From NCBI RefSeq assembly GCF_000195955.2, contig NC_000962.3, positions 3,900,001 to 3,932,000 of the forward strand: a DNA stretch of 32,000 bases, given 5' to 3'. Made by a program: the position numbers and the translations under genes. The stretch is from Mycobacterium tuberculosis H37Rv. Its GTDB lineage: Bacteria > Actinomycetota > Actinomycetes > Mycobacteriales > Mycobacteriaceae. Below are positions 9,890 through 19,219 of the stretch, one piece after another. The stretch's first letter is position 1. The number at the start of each line of letters is the position of its first letter. The notes beneath the pieces are model-generated. The model was given only the letters and a program-made list of their open reading frames with translations, ran no database searches and was not told where the DNA came from.

Positions 9890-10468
9890 GTGAACATCCG
9901 TTGCGGACTGGCCGCTGGGGCCGTCATCTGCTCGGCCGTCGCACTGGGAATTGCGCTGCACTCCGGTGACCCGGCGCGTGCGCTCGGACCGCCGCCGGAT
10001 GGCAGTTACTCCTTCAACCAGGCCGGAGTGTCCGGGGTGACGTGGACGATTACCGCGCTGTGCGATCAGCCGTCGGGAACCCGTAACATGAACGACTATT
10101 CTGACCCCATCGTTTGGGCGTTCAACTGCGCTCTCAACGTGGTGAGTACGACGCCCCAACAGATCACCCGTACGGACCGGCTGCAGAACTTCAGCGGCAG
10201 GGCTCGGATGAGTAGCATGCTGTGGACCTTCCAGGTGAATCAGGCAGACGGCGTGGCGTGTCCGGACGGCAGCACGGCACCGTCCAGCGAAACCTATGCG
10301 TTCAGCGACGAGACGCTGACCGGGACGCACACCACCGTGCATGGCGCCGTGTGTGGCCTGCAGCCAAAGTTGAGCAAACAACCGTTTTCACTGCAGCTCA
10401 TCGGCCCGCCACCCAGCCCGGTCCAGCGTTATCCGTTGTACTGCAACAACATTGCGATGTGCTATTAA
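9890..10468 (+). CDS. Predicted exported protein of unknown function (Rv3491-like)
   Basis: 192 aa from GTG with GGAGG spacing upstream; N-terminal hydrophobic segment CGLAAGAVICSAVALGIALHSGDPARALG resembles a signal peptide; several Cys in the mature part. Confidence 0.8.
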   Translation: MNIRCGLAAGAVICSAVALGIALHSGDPARALGPPPDGSYSFNQAGVSGVTWTITALCDQPSGTRNMNDYSDPIVWAFNCALNVVSTTPQQITRTDRLQNFSGRARMSSMLWTFQVNQADGVACPDGSTAPSSETYAFSDETLTGTHTTVHGAVCGLQPKLSKQPFSLQLIGPPPSPVQRYPLYCNNIAMCY

Positions 10469-10947
10469 ATCGGCGTGATGTAGGCGATCAGCCATTTGCC
10501 GTCAATCCGCTGGAAATCCACCCGCAGTCGGCTGCCGTCGTAGAGCGGCTGTCGCGTCTTGTCGGTCACGGTGCGGTTCAAATAGACCATCACCGATGCG
10601 CAATCGCGTTTGGCATCCATGACTCCCACACCGACGACATTGGCCTGGACCACCACTTCACGCTTCTTCGCCTCCGGGATGATCTGCGCATTGGCGCTCT
10701 TCTGGAACTCCTGGCGATAGTCCGGCGTCAGCAGCGGGTACACCGCGGTGAGGCTGCGCTCGACAGTTTGGTAGTCGTAACCGAAGACTTGTGGGATTTC
10801 CTGCATGGCCAGCTTCGGTAACAGTGCCCGCGCCGACGCTTCGCCCCCGGTCTGCACCCGGTCCCAGTAGAACCAGCCACCGGCCGCGGACAAACCCACG
10901 ATGGTGGCGACCATCAGCGCGTAGGCGACGGAAATCAACCGTCTCAT
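10465..10947 (-). CDS. Mce-associated membrane protein (Rv3492c-like)
   Basis: 160 aa, N-terminal TM (YALMVATIVGLSAAGGWFYW), located at the 3' end of the mce4 operon. Confidence 0.8.
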   Translation of the reverse strand: MRRLISVAYALMVATIVGLSAAGGWFYWDRVQTGGEASARALLPKLAMQEIPQVFGYDYQTVERSLTAVYPLLTPDYRQEFQKSANAQIIPEAKKREVVVQANVVGVGVMDAKRDCASVMVYLNRTVTDKTRQPLYDGSRLRVDFQRIDGKWLIAYITPI

Positions 10948-11675
10948 CAGTTGCCCCCGTCCGGGTACTTCAGGTCGTAGCCGGTCATCCGGCCGTTCTC
11001 GTCCTCATGCACGATGACCCGAAGACGATAGGGCATGGACGGCTTGTTGACGCCGTCGATATCGGCGACCGTCACCCGCACCGACACCAATACCGATGCG
11101 TTGTCGCTGATTTCGTCAATGCCCTCCAACGCGGCGCCGTTGACGACGGCCTCCGATGTCGCGTTGGTGGCCCGGAATAGACCCTTGAGGTTGTCCACGT
11201 TGTTGTTGGCGTTCAGCATGCCGCGTAGCGGCCCACTGGTGCCGTTGACGAACCGGTTCACGCTCTCGTCGATGGTGTCCGGCGTGTAGCTGAACATGTT
11301 GACCACGGTCTGGGTGGCGGCATCGACAAAACGCTGGTTGCGGGCTTGCCGGGCGTCCGCATCCCGGTTCTGCATAACCAGTGCGGTCACACCCCATGCC
11401 AGCGCGGCAATCGCCAATAGGCCTGCCGCCAGCGAAAGCCAGCCGACCAGGACGCGGTGTGCCGGCCGGCGTGGCGGCGGTTTGACCGGCCTCAGGGCGG
11501 GCTTGGCGGCTTTCGCCGGCTTCGATTCGGTCCGCGCCGCGGCCCTCACCGTCGCCGCACCCTGGGCGGGACGGCTCGACTCGCCTTCCGCCGGACCCGC
11601 GGGGCGGGACGCCTTACGACGAGCGCGCCGCGTCGTCGACTGCTGTCCGCCGGCTACACCGGTATCTGCGGCCAC
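10947..11675 (-). CDS. Mce-associated membrane protein, Ala/Lys/Pro-rich N-terminus (Rv3493c-like)
   Basis: 242 aa from GTG at 11675; TM segment VLVGWLSLAAGLLAIAALAWGVTALVM, then NVDNLKGLFRATNATSEAVV...VRVTVADIDGVNKPSMPYRLRV typical of Mas proteins; start overlaps the mce4F stop. Confidence 0.82.
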   Translation of the reverse strand: MAADTGVAGGQQSTTRRARRKASRPAGPAEGESSRPAQGAATVRAAARTESKPAKAAKPALRPVKPPPRRPAHRVLVGWLSLAAGLLAIAALAWGVTALVMQNRDADARQARNQRFVDAATQTVVNMFSYTPDTIDESVNRFVNGTSGPLRGMLNANNNVDNLKGLFRATNATSEAVVNGAALEGIDEISDNASVLVSVRVTVADIDGVNKPSMPYRLRVIVHEDENGRMTGYDLKYPDGGN

Positions 11676-13369
11676 TACAGCTGCCTCGGATCGCGCATGA
11701 GATCCACCCAATTCTCGGCGCTGGATGCGCCCGTCATCCCGGGCGCGAAGATACCAGTGCCGCCGGCCGGGTCCGCGAAGGCTCCGCTGAGTTGGTCATA
11801 GATGGTGTAGGCCGGACCGCTGGCCTGCGGTTGGGGGCCAGGCGCCGGCCCGGGCGGAGGCCCGGTGCCTTCCGGTGGTGGCGGCGGCGGAATGGTCGCC
11901 GGGTATGGCACCTGGGGTGGCTCCGGCGGGTACCCGGGCGGCATCCATGACGTGAACGGTGGAGGCGGACCGTTGTCGTTGGGCGGCGGCGCAGGCTGCG
12001 CCGGCTGGTGCGGCGCCGGCCCGGGGCCGGCCACCTGGCCGGGTGGCGGCGGTCCGACGATGGGCACGCCCGGGTCGGGATCCGCGCCCGGCGGGATGTA
12101 AGGGAACTTGTTGGGCGGCAGAATGTTTCGCCCATCCGTCACCTCGGTGCCGTACGGGATCGGCGGACCGCGCCACGGGTTGGTTCCAACTGGCACATAG
12201 CCACGCGGATCCCGACATAACTGCACCGTCGGTGCCCGCTTACCGGGGAATTCCTGGCACGGGTAGTTGCGAGCGCCGCGCACCGTGCTCGGGTCGTTCT
12301 GCGCGGTCTTGCAGTACATGTCCCGGGGAATCTCGCGTACCGACTCGTCGGCCGGCGACCGGACCAGCGGCGGGGGCAAGAACCCGGTCATGCAGGGCGG
12401 CGGGTCGTGCAGGTCGATCTTGAAGTCCAGCTTGGCGCCCTCGTCCTGGGGTACGCCGCCCGCCGAGGTGATGATCGCGGCGAACAGCGCCGGGAAAACC
12501 ACCAGGAGCTGTTCGATCGACTTGTGATAGATCACGCCCACCCGGCCCAGGTTGGCCAGACTGGCCGCCAGCGCGGGAAACGAAGGACGAATCCCGGAGA
12601 ACGCGGTGTTGGCCTCGTCGATCGCATCCGGGGCGTCGGCCAACGTGTCGCGCAGCCGCGGGTCTGCCGCACGGAGCTGCCAGGTGAACCGCGCCAGCCC
12701 ATCGGCGAGTGACTTGATGTCCCCGCCGGCGCGGATCTGGGCTTGCAGGAACGGGCCGGCCTGATCGATCAACTGCGAAACCTGTGGATAGTTGGCGTTG
12801 GCCTCATCCACCAGCAACCGGGCCGACTCGATCAGCCGGGCCAGTTCCGGACCGGCGCCATTGGTCGCGATGAACGCCTCGTGCAGCAGCTCCCGCAGCC
12901 GGGTGTCGCCAAGGCTGCCGAGCAGCGTCTCGGCCTGACGCAACAGGTCGGCGACGTCTTGCCCGATTCGGGTGTTCTGCCGCTGGATCCGGAAGCCGTT
13001 GCGCAACTTGGTCGACGACGGGTTCTCCGGCGGCACTAGGTCGATGTACTGCTCACCGATGGCCGAAACGCTGCGTACGGTGGCGGTGACGTTCGACGGA
13101 ATGGCGGTGCCACTGTTCAGTCGCATGTGCGCGGTAACGCCATTGGGATTTAGCCCCACCGACTCCACCCGCCCGACCGCGACACCGCGGTAGGTGACGT
13201 TGGCGTTCTTGTACAGGCCACCGCCCGCGACGAAGTCGGCACTCACGCCGTAGGTTCCGATGCCGAACGTGGCGGGCAGACGCAGATAAAAGATCGCCAT
13301 CACGCTCAGGGTGATGACGGTGATCACCGCAAAAATGGACAACTGGATCTTGGCGAGTCGGTCGATCAT
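11675..13369 (-). CDS. mce4F: MCE-family protein Mce4F, Pro-rich C-terminus
   Basis: 564 aa from ATG (MIDRLAKIQLSIFAVITVITLSVMAIFYLRLP); MlaD/MCE domain GGGLYKNANVTYRGVAVGRVESV; last gene of the mce4A-F series. Confidence 0.93.
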   Translation of the reverse strand: MIDRLAKIQLSIFAVITVITLSVMAIFYLRLPATFGIGTYGVSADFVAGGGLYKNANVTYRGVAVGRVESVGLNPNGVTAHMRLNSGTAIPSNVTATVRSVSAIGEQYIDLVPPENPSSTKLRNGFRIQRQNTRIGQDVADLLRQAETLLGSLGDTRLRELLHEAFIATNGAGPELARLIESARLLVDEANANYPQVSQLIDQAGPFLQAQIRAGGDIKSLADGLARFTWQLRAADPRLRDTLADAPDAIDEANTAFSGIRPSFPALAASLANLGRVGVIYHKSIEQLLVVFPALFAAIITSAGGVPQDEGAKLDFKIDLHDPPPCMTGFLPPPLVRSPADESVREIPRDMYCKTAQNDPSTVRGARNYPCQEFPGKRAPTVQLCRDPRGYVPVGTNPWRGPPIPYGTEVTDGRNILPPNKFPYIPPGADPDPGVPIVGPPPPGQVAGPGPAPHQPAQPAPPPNDNGPPPPFTSWMPPGYPPEPPQVPYPATIPPPPPPEGTGPPPGPAPGPQPQASGPAYTIYDQLSGAFADPAGGTGIFAPGMTGASSAENWVDLMRDPRQL

Positions 13370-13379
13370 GTCCGGGCCC

Positions 13380-14534
13380 CTACTGTCCCGACGCCGTACC
13401 GGGTGGAATCTTAAATGGGTCGGCCGCTTGCCCGGACAGGTTGGCCAGTTCGCCAATCAGGAAGTCGGGCGGGTTGAGGATCTCGTCCATGTGCGCCATG
13501 TTCGGGTCGAAGTACGCCGTGGTGAAGAACGTCTCACCAATCCGGCGCAGGGTGAGGTCGAAGGTGGTGAACACGTTAAGATAGTCGCCGCGCACCGCCT
13601 GCTTGATACCGAAGTTGGGAAATGGGAACGTCAGCAACAGCTGCAGCGAGGTGACGAAATCCTTTCGGTCGTCGTTGAGGGCCTTGACGATCGAGTAGAG
13701 GTCTTTGAGGTCTTCACCGAAATCCACCTTGGTCTCGGCCAGCACGTGCGACGTGACCATCGTCAACCTTTTGAGCGCGGCGAACGCGTCGACGATGTGG
13801 TCCCGGTTCTGGTTGAGCACGCGAACCGCGTCGGGCAGCGTGTCCAGTGCTCGGCCCAGGTTGTCCTTGTCACGTGCCAGGATCGCGGAGACTCGGTTCA
13901 GCCCATCCAACGCATCGATGATGTCGTGAACCTGCCGGTTCAGGCCCGCCGTCAACTCCGCGAGCCTGGGGACCAGGTTGACGAACTGGGCCTGCCGACC
14001 CGCCACCGCCTGGTGGGTCTCGTCAATGATCTCTTCCAACGCACCGACGTTACCCTTGTTGACCACCACCCCCAGCGCCGAGAAAACCTCCTCGGTGGTG
14101 GGGAATCGGTCGGTGTTGGCCTCGGTGATTCTCGAGCCGTCAACCAACCTCCCGGTCGGCGGGCGGTCCGTCGGTGGCGCCAGCTCTACATGTAACGAAC
14201 CCAGCAGCGAGGTCTGGGAGACCTTCGCCACGGCGTTGGCCGGCAGCAACACATTCTTGTCCAGGTCCAGCTTCACGGCGGCATAAAAGGATCCGTCGGG
14301 TCGTTGGACCGCGACAATGCCGGCCACGCTGCCGACGGTGACGTCATCGACCATGACCGGTGAGTTCTGCGGCAACGTCGCCACATCAGCCATTTCGACG
14401 GTGACCGAGTAGGCACCTTCACCGTGCCCGGCGGTGCCAGGCAGCGGCAGCGAGTTCAGCCCGCCAAACTGACAGCCGGCAAGCAGCGCGCTGCTGGCCG
14501 TCAATATGATGGCGCGCAACCAGATTCGGTTCAT
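13380..14534 (-). CDS. lprN: MCE-family lipoprotein Mce4E
   Basis: 384 aa; lipobox region ILTASSALLAGCQFGG; MCE domain LPQNSPVMVDDVTVGSVAGI; C-terminal ...FKIPPGTASGQ. Confidence 0.94.
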   Translation of the reverse strand: MNRIWLRAIILTASSALLAGCQFGGLNSLPLPGTAGHGEGAYSVTVEMADVATLPQNSPVMVDDVTVGSVAGIVAVQRPDGSFYAAVKLDLDKNVLLPANAVAKVSQTSLLGSLHVELAPPTDRPPTGRLVDGSRITEANTDRFPTTEEVFSALGVVVNKGNVGALEEIIDETHQAVAGRQAQFVNLVPRLAELTAGLNRQVHDIIDALDGLNRVSAILARDKDNLGRALDTLPDAVRVLNQNRDHIVDAFAALKRLTMVTSHVLAETKVDFGEDLKDLYSIVKALNDDRKDFVTSLQLLLTFPFPNFGIKQAVRGDYLNVFTTFDLTLRRIGETFFTTAYFDPNMAHMDEILNPPDFLIGELANLSGQAADPFKIPPGTASGQ

Positions 14535-15886
14535 CCGCCGCCCCCATGCTCGCCCGGTCCTGCCCCCGGCGCCGGCGGGGCCGGTGCCGGACCGGGCGCC
14601 GGTGGGACGAGTAGGCTCTGCAGATCCGCGGGGTTGCCCACAGGCGCTCCTCCTCCCGCGGGTACCCAAGTCAATTCCGGAACCGGCGTCTCCGACTTGG
14701 CCTCGGTGGCCGGGGTGTCGTAGATGATCTGGCCCTTGTACGCCGTGATCGTGTTAAGCGGGTGGAACATGATCGGCGGGTAATTCACCGTGAGCCGGCG
14801 CAGCACCGGCCCCAGCCGCTCACGGCAGATCTCGGCGCGCCGGTAGTAGTCCGGCGCCGACGGGCCCGCGGCGGTATCGAAGGAACCGCCGCAGATGAAC
14901 TGCACCGGGTTAGCGAAGTTGGGTATCGACAACAGACCGTTGAGGGTGCCTTGCGCAGGGTCATAGATGTTGTAGAAGTTGGTGATCCCCGGCCCAGCCA
15001 CGTGCAGCACTTGCTCGATGTTCTCGCTCTGGTCACTCAACGTCTGCGCAAAGTCGTTGAGCTGATTCACCGTTTCGATCAGCGTCGAGTTGTTCTCGCG
15101 CAAGAACCCCCTGATGTCGGACAGCGCCTGGTTGAGCGTGCCCAGGGTCTGGTCCAGATTGGCCGAGCTGTCGGCGAGCACCTGCGACACCGATGCCACG
15201 TGGCCGGCGAACTGCACAATCTGCTCGTCGCTCTCCGATAGCGCGTCGACCAGTACCTGCAGGTTCTTGACGGTGCCGAAGATGTCGCCGCGCGAATCCC
15301 CCAGCCGCCCGGCGACCTGCGCAAGCTCGCGCAACGCGTTGTGTAACGAGTCTCCGTTGCCGTCAAGGGTGTCCGCGGCCTGGTTGATCGCCGCGCCCAG
15401 CGGCCCCTGCAGCTCGCCCGCCGCCGGACTCAGGTCGGCGGCCAACCGGGTGAGCCCCTCTTTCACCTCGTCCCATTCCACCGGCACCGCGGTGCGATCC
15501 AGATCGATCCGACCGTTGTCGGGCAGTACCGCCCCGCCGGTATACACCGGGGTGAGCTGAATGAAGCGCGCCGCCACCAAATTCGGCGACATGATCACGG
15601 CCTGCACGTCCACGGGCACCTTGACGTCCTTGGACACCGACATAGTGATCTTGACGTCGGACGACCGCGGCTCGATCATGTCGATCTCACCCACCGGGAC
15701 GCCCAGGACGCGGACCTGGTCACCGGGATAGAGCCCGACAGCAGAGGTGAAGTAGCCCACGATGGTGCGCTTATTACCGGTGGACGAGAGCACGTACACG
15801 CCGCCCACCAGCGCGGCCACCAGCGCGATCACCGTGGCGTAGCGCAATCCCCGGCTCCCCGTCAACATGGCGACCCGGCCCATCAC
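14531..15886 (-). CDS. mce4D: MCE-family protein Mce4D
   Basis: 451 aa; TM then TVGYFTSAVGLYPGDQVRVLGVPVGEIDMIEP; overlaps lprN by 4 nt. Confidence 0.95.
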   Translation of the reverse strand: MMGRVAMLTGSRGLRYATVIALVAALVGGVYVLSSTGNKRTIVGYFTSAVGLYPGDQVRVLGVPVGEIDMIEPRSSDVKITMSVSKDVKVPVDVQAVIMSPNLVAARFIQLTPVYTGGAVLPDNGRIDLDRTAVPVEWDEVKEGLTRLAADLSPAAGELQGPLGAAINQAADTLDGNGDSLHNALRELAQVAGRLGDSRGDIFGTVKNLQVLVDALSESDEQIVQFAGHVASVSQVLADSSANLDQTLGTLNQALSDIRGFLRENNSTLIETVNQLNDFAQTLSDQSENIEQVLHVAGPGITNFYNIYDPAQGTLNGLLSIPNFANPVQFICGGSFDTAAGPSAPDYYRRAEICRERLGPVLRRLTVNYPPIMFHPLNTITAYKGQIIYDTPATEAKSETPVPELTWVPAGGGAPVGNPADLQSLLVPPAPGPAPAPPAPGAGPGEHGGGG

Positions 15887-16956
15887 GGCGACTTCGGTCT
15901 GATGATCCAGCGCTCCTGGATAAACCCGCGCAAGTAATCGGCGAGGCTATCCGGCAGCTTGCCCGGCTGAAAGACCAGGTCGAACACGGTCGCCACCAGC
16001 GGCCCGGGCAGCACGCTGTAGACGTTGACATTGAATCCGGGTCCGGATCCGACCACCTCCCCCAGCGTGGTCGCGTACGTGGGCAGCCGCTTGAGGGCCT
16101 CGGTGATATAGTCGCGGCGCTCGTTGAGGTTGGCCAGCACCAGGTTGAGCTTGCTCAAAGCCGGGCCGAACTCCTTACGGTTGTCGGCGACAAAGCCGGA
16201 AATCTGCGCTGCAACATCGTCGATCCCAGAGATCAACGCGCTGAGCGCGGCCCGCCGGGCATCGAGCGCCGCAAACAACTGGTTGCCGTCCTCGACCAGC
16301 TTGTTGACCTGTTCGGCGCGTTCGGACAACACCGATGTCACCGACTTGGCGTGCGCCAGCAGGCCTTGCAGCGCTTCGTCGCGACGATTCAGGGCGCGCG
16401 ACAGCGACGTCAGCCCGTCCACGGCACCACGCACCTGCGGGGTGGCGTCATGCAAGGCCTGGGTGAACACGTTCAAGGCCTGCTCGAACTGCGGCCTATT
16501 CAGGTCGTTGGCGTTGCGGCCCAGATCCTGCAGCACCCCGTTGAGCGTGTAGGGCGTGGTGGTCCGGCTCAACGGAATCGTGGTCGACTTGCCGGAGCCA
16601 GCCGGACTGACCGCGATGGAGCGCTCGCCGAGGATGGTGTCGGTGCGGATCGCGGCCAGGGACTGGTCGCCGACGACGATGCTGCGGTCCACGCTGAAGG
16701 TGACCTTTGCACTGTTTCCGGCCAGACTCACGGCCGACACCGCGCCCACCTTGAGGCCCGAGACATAAACCGAGTTACCGGGGGTGATCCCACCGGCGTC
16801 GGTGAAATACGCGTCGTAGGTTTTGCCCTGTGGCCAGAAAGGCAACCCGCTGTAGCCGAATGCGATCAGGACGACGCAGATCACCAGCACCAGGCCGAAG
16901 ATGCCGGTGCGGAGCGGGTCGCGTTCGTGTTTGCTACTTGGCTTCCTATTTAGCAA
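15883..16956 (-). CDS. mce4C: MCE-family protein Mce4C
   Basis: 357 aa; YDAYFTDAGGITPGNSVYVSGLKVGAVSAVSL; overlaps mce4D by 4 nt. Confidence 0.95.
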   Translation of the reverse strand: MLNRKPSSKHERDPLRTGIFGLVLVICVVLIAFGYSGLPFWPQGKTYDAYFTDAGGITPGNSVYVSGLKVGAVSAVSLAGNSAKVTFSVDRSIVVGDQSLAAIRTDTILGERSIAVSPAGSGKSTTIPLSRTTTPYTLNGVLQDLGRNANDLNRPQFEQALNVFTQALHDATPQVRGAVDGLTSLSRALNRRDEALQGLLAHAKSVTSVLSERAEQVNKLVEDGNQLFAALDARRAALSALISGIDDVAAQISGFVADNRKEFGPALSKLNLVLANLNERRDYITEALKRLPTYATTLGEVVGSGPGFNVNVYSVLPGPLVATVFDLVFQPGKLPDSLADYLRGFIQERWIIRPKSP

Positions 16957-17998
16957 AGGCGCACCTCCCCTTGCTGGGATCCGGCTGGCCGCCGATCGGC
17001 AGCAGGATGTCGCTGCCGGCCGGTCCGTTGATCTTGATCGTCACCGAGCAGAAGTAGATGTTGAAGAATGCTCCGTAACTGCCCAGCGCGGACAGGCGCA
17101 GGTAGTCCTCGCCGAGCTGCTCGATGTCGTTGTTGACCTCGGCCTTTCGGTTGTCCAGCTCGGTAGCCAGCGGCCGGGCGTTTTCCAGGATGCCTTGCAG
17201 CGGCCGGCGCGAATTCCGCAACAGTTCCGTAAGATCCGTCGTCGTCGACGCCAGCGGCGAAATGGCGCCCGCGATCGGATCCCGGTTCTTGGCCAGGCCG
17301 CTGACCAGCTGCTGCAGCTGGTCGACACTGGCCGAAAATTGCGCGCTCTTTGCATCGACGGTCGCCAGCACCGCGTTGAGGTTGGTGATTACCTCGCCGA
17401 TCAGCTGGTCGCGTGCGCCCAGCGCCGCCGAGAAGGCACCGGTGTCGGCGAGCACGTTCGCCAACGGACCACCCTGGCCCTGCAGCAACTCGATGACCGC
17501 ACTGGTGATGGTGTTGATCTTGTCAGCGTCAAAGCCTTTCAGCACCGGCCGTAGCCCACCCAGCAACGCATCGAGATCCAGTGCGGGCTGGGTGTGGGCC
17601 ACGTTGATGGTGCCACCCGGCGGCAGCTTGCGCAGTTCACCCGGACCCGACGTGATCTCCAGGAACCGGTCGCCCACCAGGTTTTCGTACCGGATCACCG
17701 CACGCGTGGACGAGTACAGCGTGTAGCTGCGGTCGATCGCGAATGCCACGTCGATGCTGTGGTCTGGGTTGAGCTTGACCGCCTTCACTGAACCGACCGG
17801 CACACCGGCGATGCGAACCTTCTGGCCTGCCTTCAGCCGCGACGCGTCGGTGAAGGTGGCGTGGTAGACGGTTGTGGGACCAAACCGGAAGTCCCCGAAG
17901 ACCACCACCAGACCGGCGGCCACCAGCAGCATGACCACCGCGAAGACGCTGACCTTGATCACCATCGACCGGTGCGAGGGAACGCCCGAGCCCGCCAT
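16946..17998 (-). CDS. mce4B: MCE-family protein Mce4B
   Basis: 350 aa; YHATFTDASRLKAGQKVRIAGVPVGSVKAVKL; overlaps mce4C. Confidence 0.95.
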   Translation of the reverse strand: MAGSGVPSHRSMVIKVSVFAVVMLLVAAGLVVVFGDFRFGPTTVYHATFTDASRLKAGQKVRIAGVPVGSVKAVKLNPDHSIDVAFAIDRSYTLYSSTRAVIRYENLVGDRFLEITSGPGELRKLPPGGTINVAHTQPALDLDALLGGLRPVLKGFDADKINTITSAVIELLQGQGGPLANVLADTGAFSAALGARDQLIGEVITNLNAVLATVDAKSAQFSASVDQLQQLVSGLAKNRDPIAGAISPLASTTTDLTELLRNSRRPLQGILENARPLATELDNRKAEVNNDIEQLGEDYLRLSALGSYGAFFNIYFCSVTIKINGPAGSDILLPIGGQPDPSKGRCAFAK

Positions 17999-19200
17999 CA
18001 GAAGTCGTCCCGTTCCGCGAACGCACCGTTGAACAGGAACTGCAGCGTCGACGGCGCGTCAACCTGTAACTCGGTGAACGGCTGGTATGGGATCAAAGCG
18101 TTGTCGGTGACCAGGAACGGCGCGCGGTAGAACGACCCGCCCGTCTGCTTGGTCGGGATATCGGGCAACCCTCGGCAGTTCGGACCGCCGGAGGCGTTGA
18201 CGATCGGCAGGCTCTCCGGATAGGTGTACGACGGCGCACCCAACACGAAGCTCGACGAGGTGAACAGCCCAGCCTTACGGACACCGATTAGCGGGGCAAA
18301 CTCCTTGACACCGCGCGCGATGCCCTTGAAAAGGCAGCCGAATACCGGGGAGTAGTCGGAGGTCACTTTGAGCGGGGCTCGGAGCCGGTTGATGGCGTCG
18401 ATGAAATTCTGTTCGGCGGGCGCCAACGTCTCATAGGCGTTATTAGACAGACCGATGGTGGCTAGCAGCGTGTCGTTGAGGTTGTCCTTCTGGTCGACGA
18501 TCGTCTTGTTGATCGTCGGCAGGTTATCGAACACGGTGTTCAGGTCCCCGGCGGCGTCAGCATAGACGTTGGCCACCACCGCCGCCTTGCGGAAATCCTC
18601 CTGAAGGGCGGGTAACTTTGGGTTCGCTTGGCGGGTCAGCGTGTTCAGTCCCGACAACAGCGCACCCAGGTCATCGCCGTGGCCGCGCAGGCCTTCGGAC
18701 AGCGCGCTCAGCGTCGCGTTCGTTTCAAGCGGATCGATCTTGTGTAGCAGGTCGATGAGCGATTGGAACAACGTGTTGACCTCAAGCTGTACCTGAGACG
18801 CCGCCACGTGCGCATTCGGACTTAGCGGCTTGGGCGACGGCGTCTTTGGCGGAATGAATTCCACCGATTTGGCGCCGAAGATGGTGTTTCCGGCGATGCG
18901 CACCGTCGCGTTGGAGGGGATAAAACCCATCTCGCCGCTGTCGATGGCCAGCTTGAGCCGTGCTTGGTTGCCGCTGTAGCTGATATCCGTGACCTTGCCT
19001 ACCTGGATGCCACGGTATTTGACCTTGGCGCCCTTCTCCATAACCAGGCCGGCCCTCGGCGACGATACCGTGACGGTGTCCGTAGACGTGAAAGCCGCCG
19101 TATACGAAAGATAAGTCAGCACTGCGGATCCCACCATCAGCCCGGCCAGCAGCGCCGCTGCCACCCTGACACTGGTGCGTCGAGATCCGCCGCCGGACAT
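17998..19200 (-). CDS. mce4A: MCE-family protein Mce4A
   Basis: 400 aa from MSGGGSRRTSVRVAAALLAGL; VVSSPRAGLVMEKGAKVKYRGIQVGKVTDI-type MCE domain. Confidence 0.95.
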   Translation of the reverse strand: MSGGGSRRTSVRVAAALLAGLMVGSAVLTYLSYTAAFTSTDTVTVSSPRAGLVMEKGAKVKYRGIQVGKVTDISYSGNQARLKLAIDSGEMGFIPSNATVRIAGNTIFGAKSVEFIPPKTPSPKPLSPNAHVAASQVQLEVNTLFQSLIDLLHKIDPLETNATLSALSEGLRGHGDDLGALLSGLNTLTRQANPKLPALQEDFRKAAVVANVYADAAGDLNTVFDNLPTINKTIVDQKDNLNDTLLATIGLSNNAYETLAPAEQNFIDAINRLRAPLKVTSDYSPVFGCLFKGIARGVKEFAPLIGVRKAGLFTSSSFVLGAPSYTYPESLPIVNASGGPNCRGLPDIPTKQTGGSFYRAPFLVTDNALIPYQPFTELQVDAPSTLQFLFNGAFAERDDF

Positions 19201-19219
19201 GTTTCCTTTCTGAAGGTTT

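Noticed and set aside
13311-14195. 294-aa plus-strand ORF opposite lprN, and similar long ORFs opposite the mce4 genes (15090..15560, 16351..16953, 16901..17554)
   Set aside because: High-GC antisense shadows of well-supported MCE genes; no recognised domain and no ribosome-binding context.
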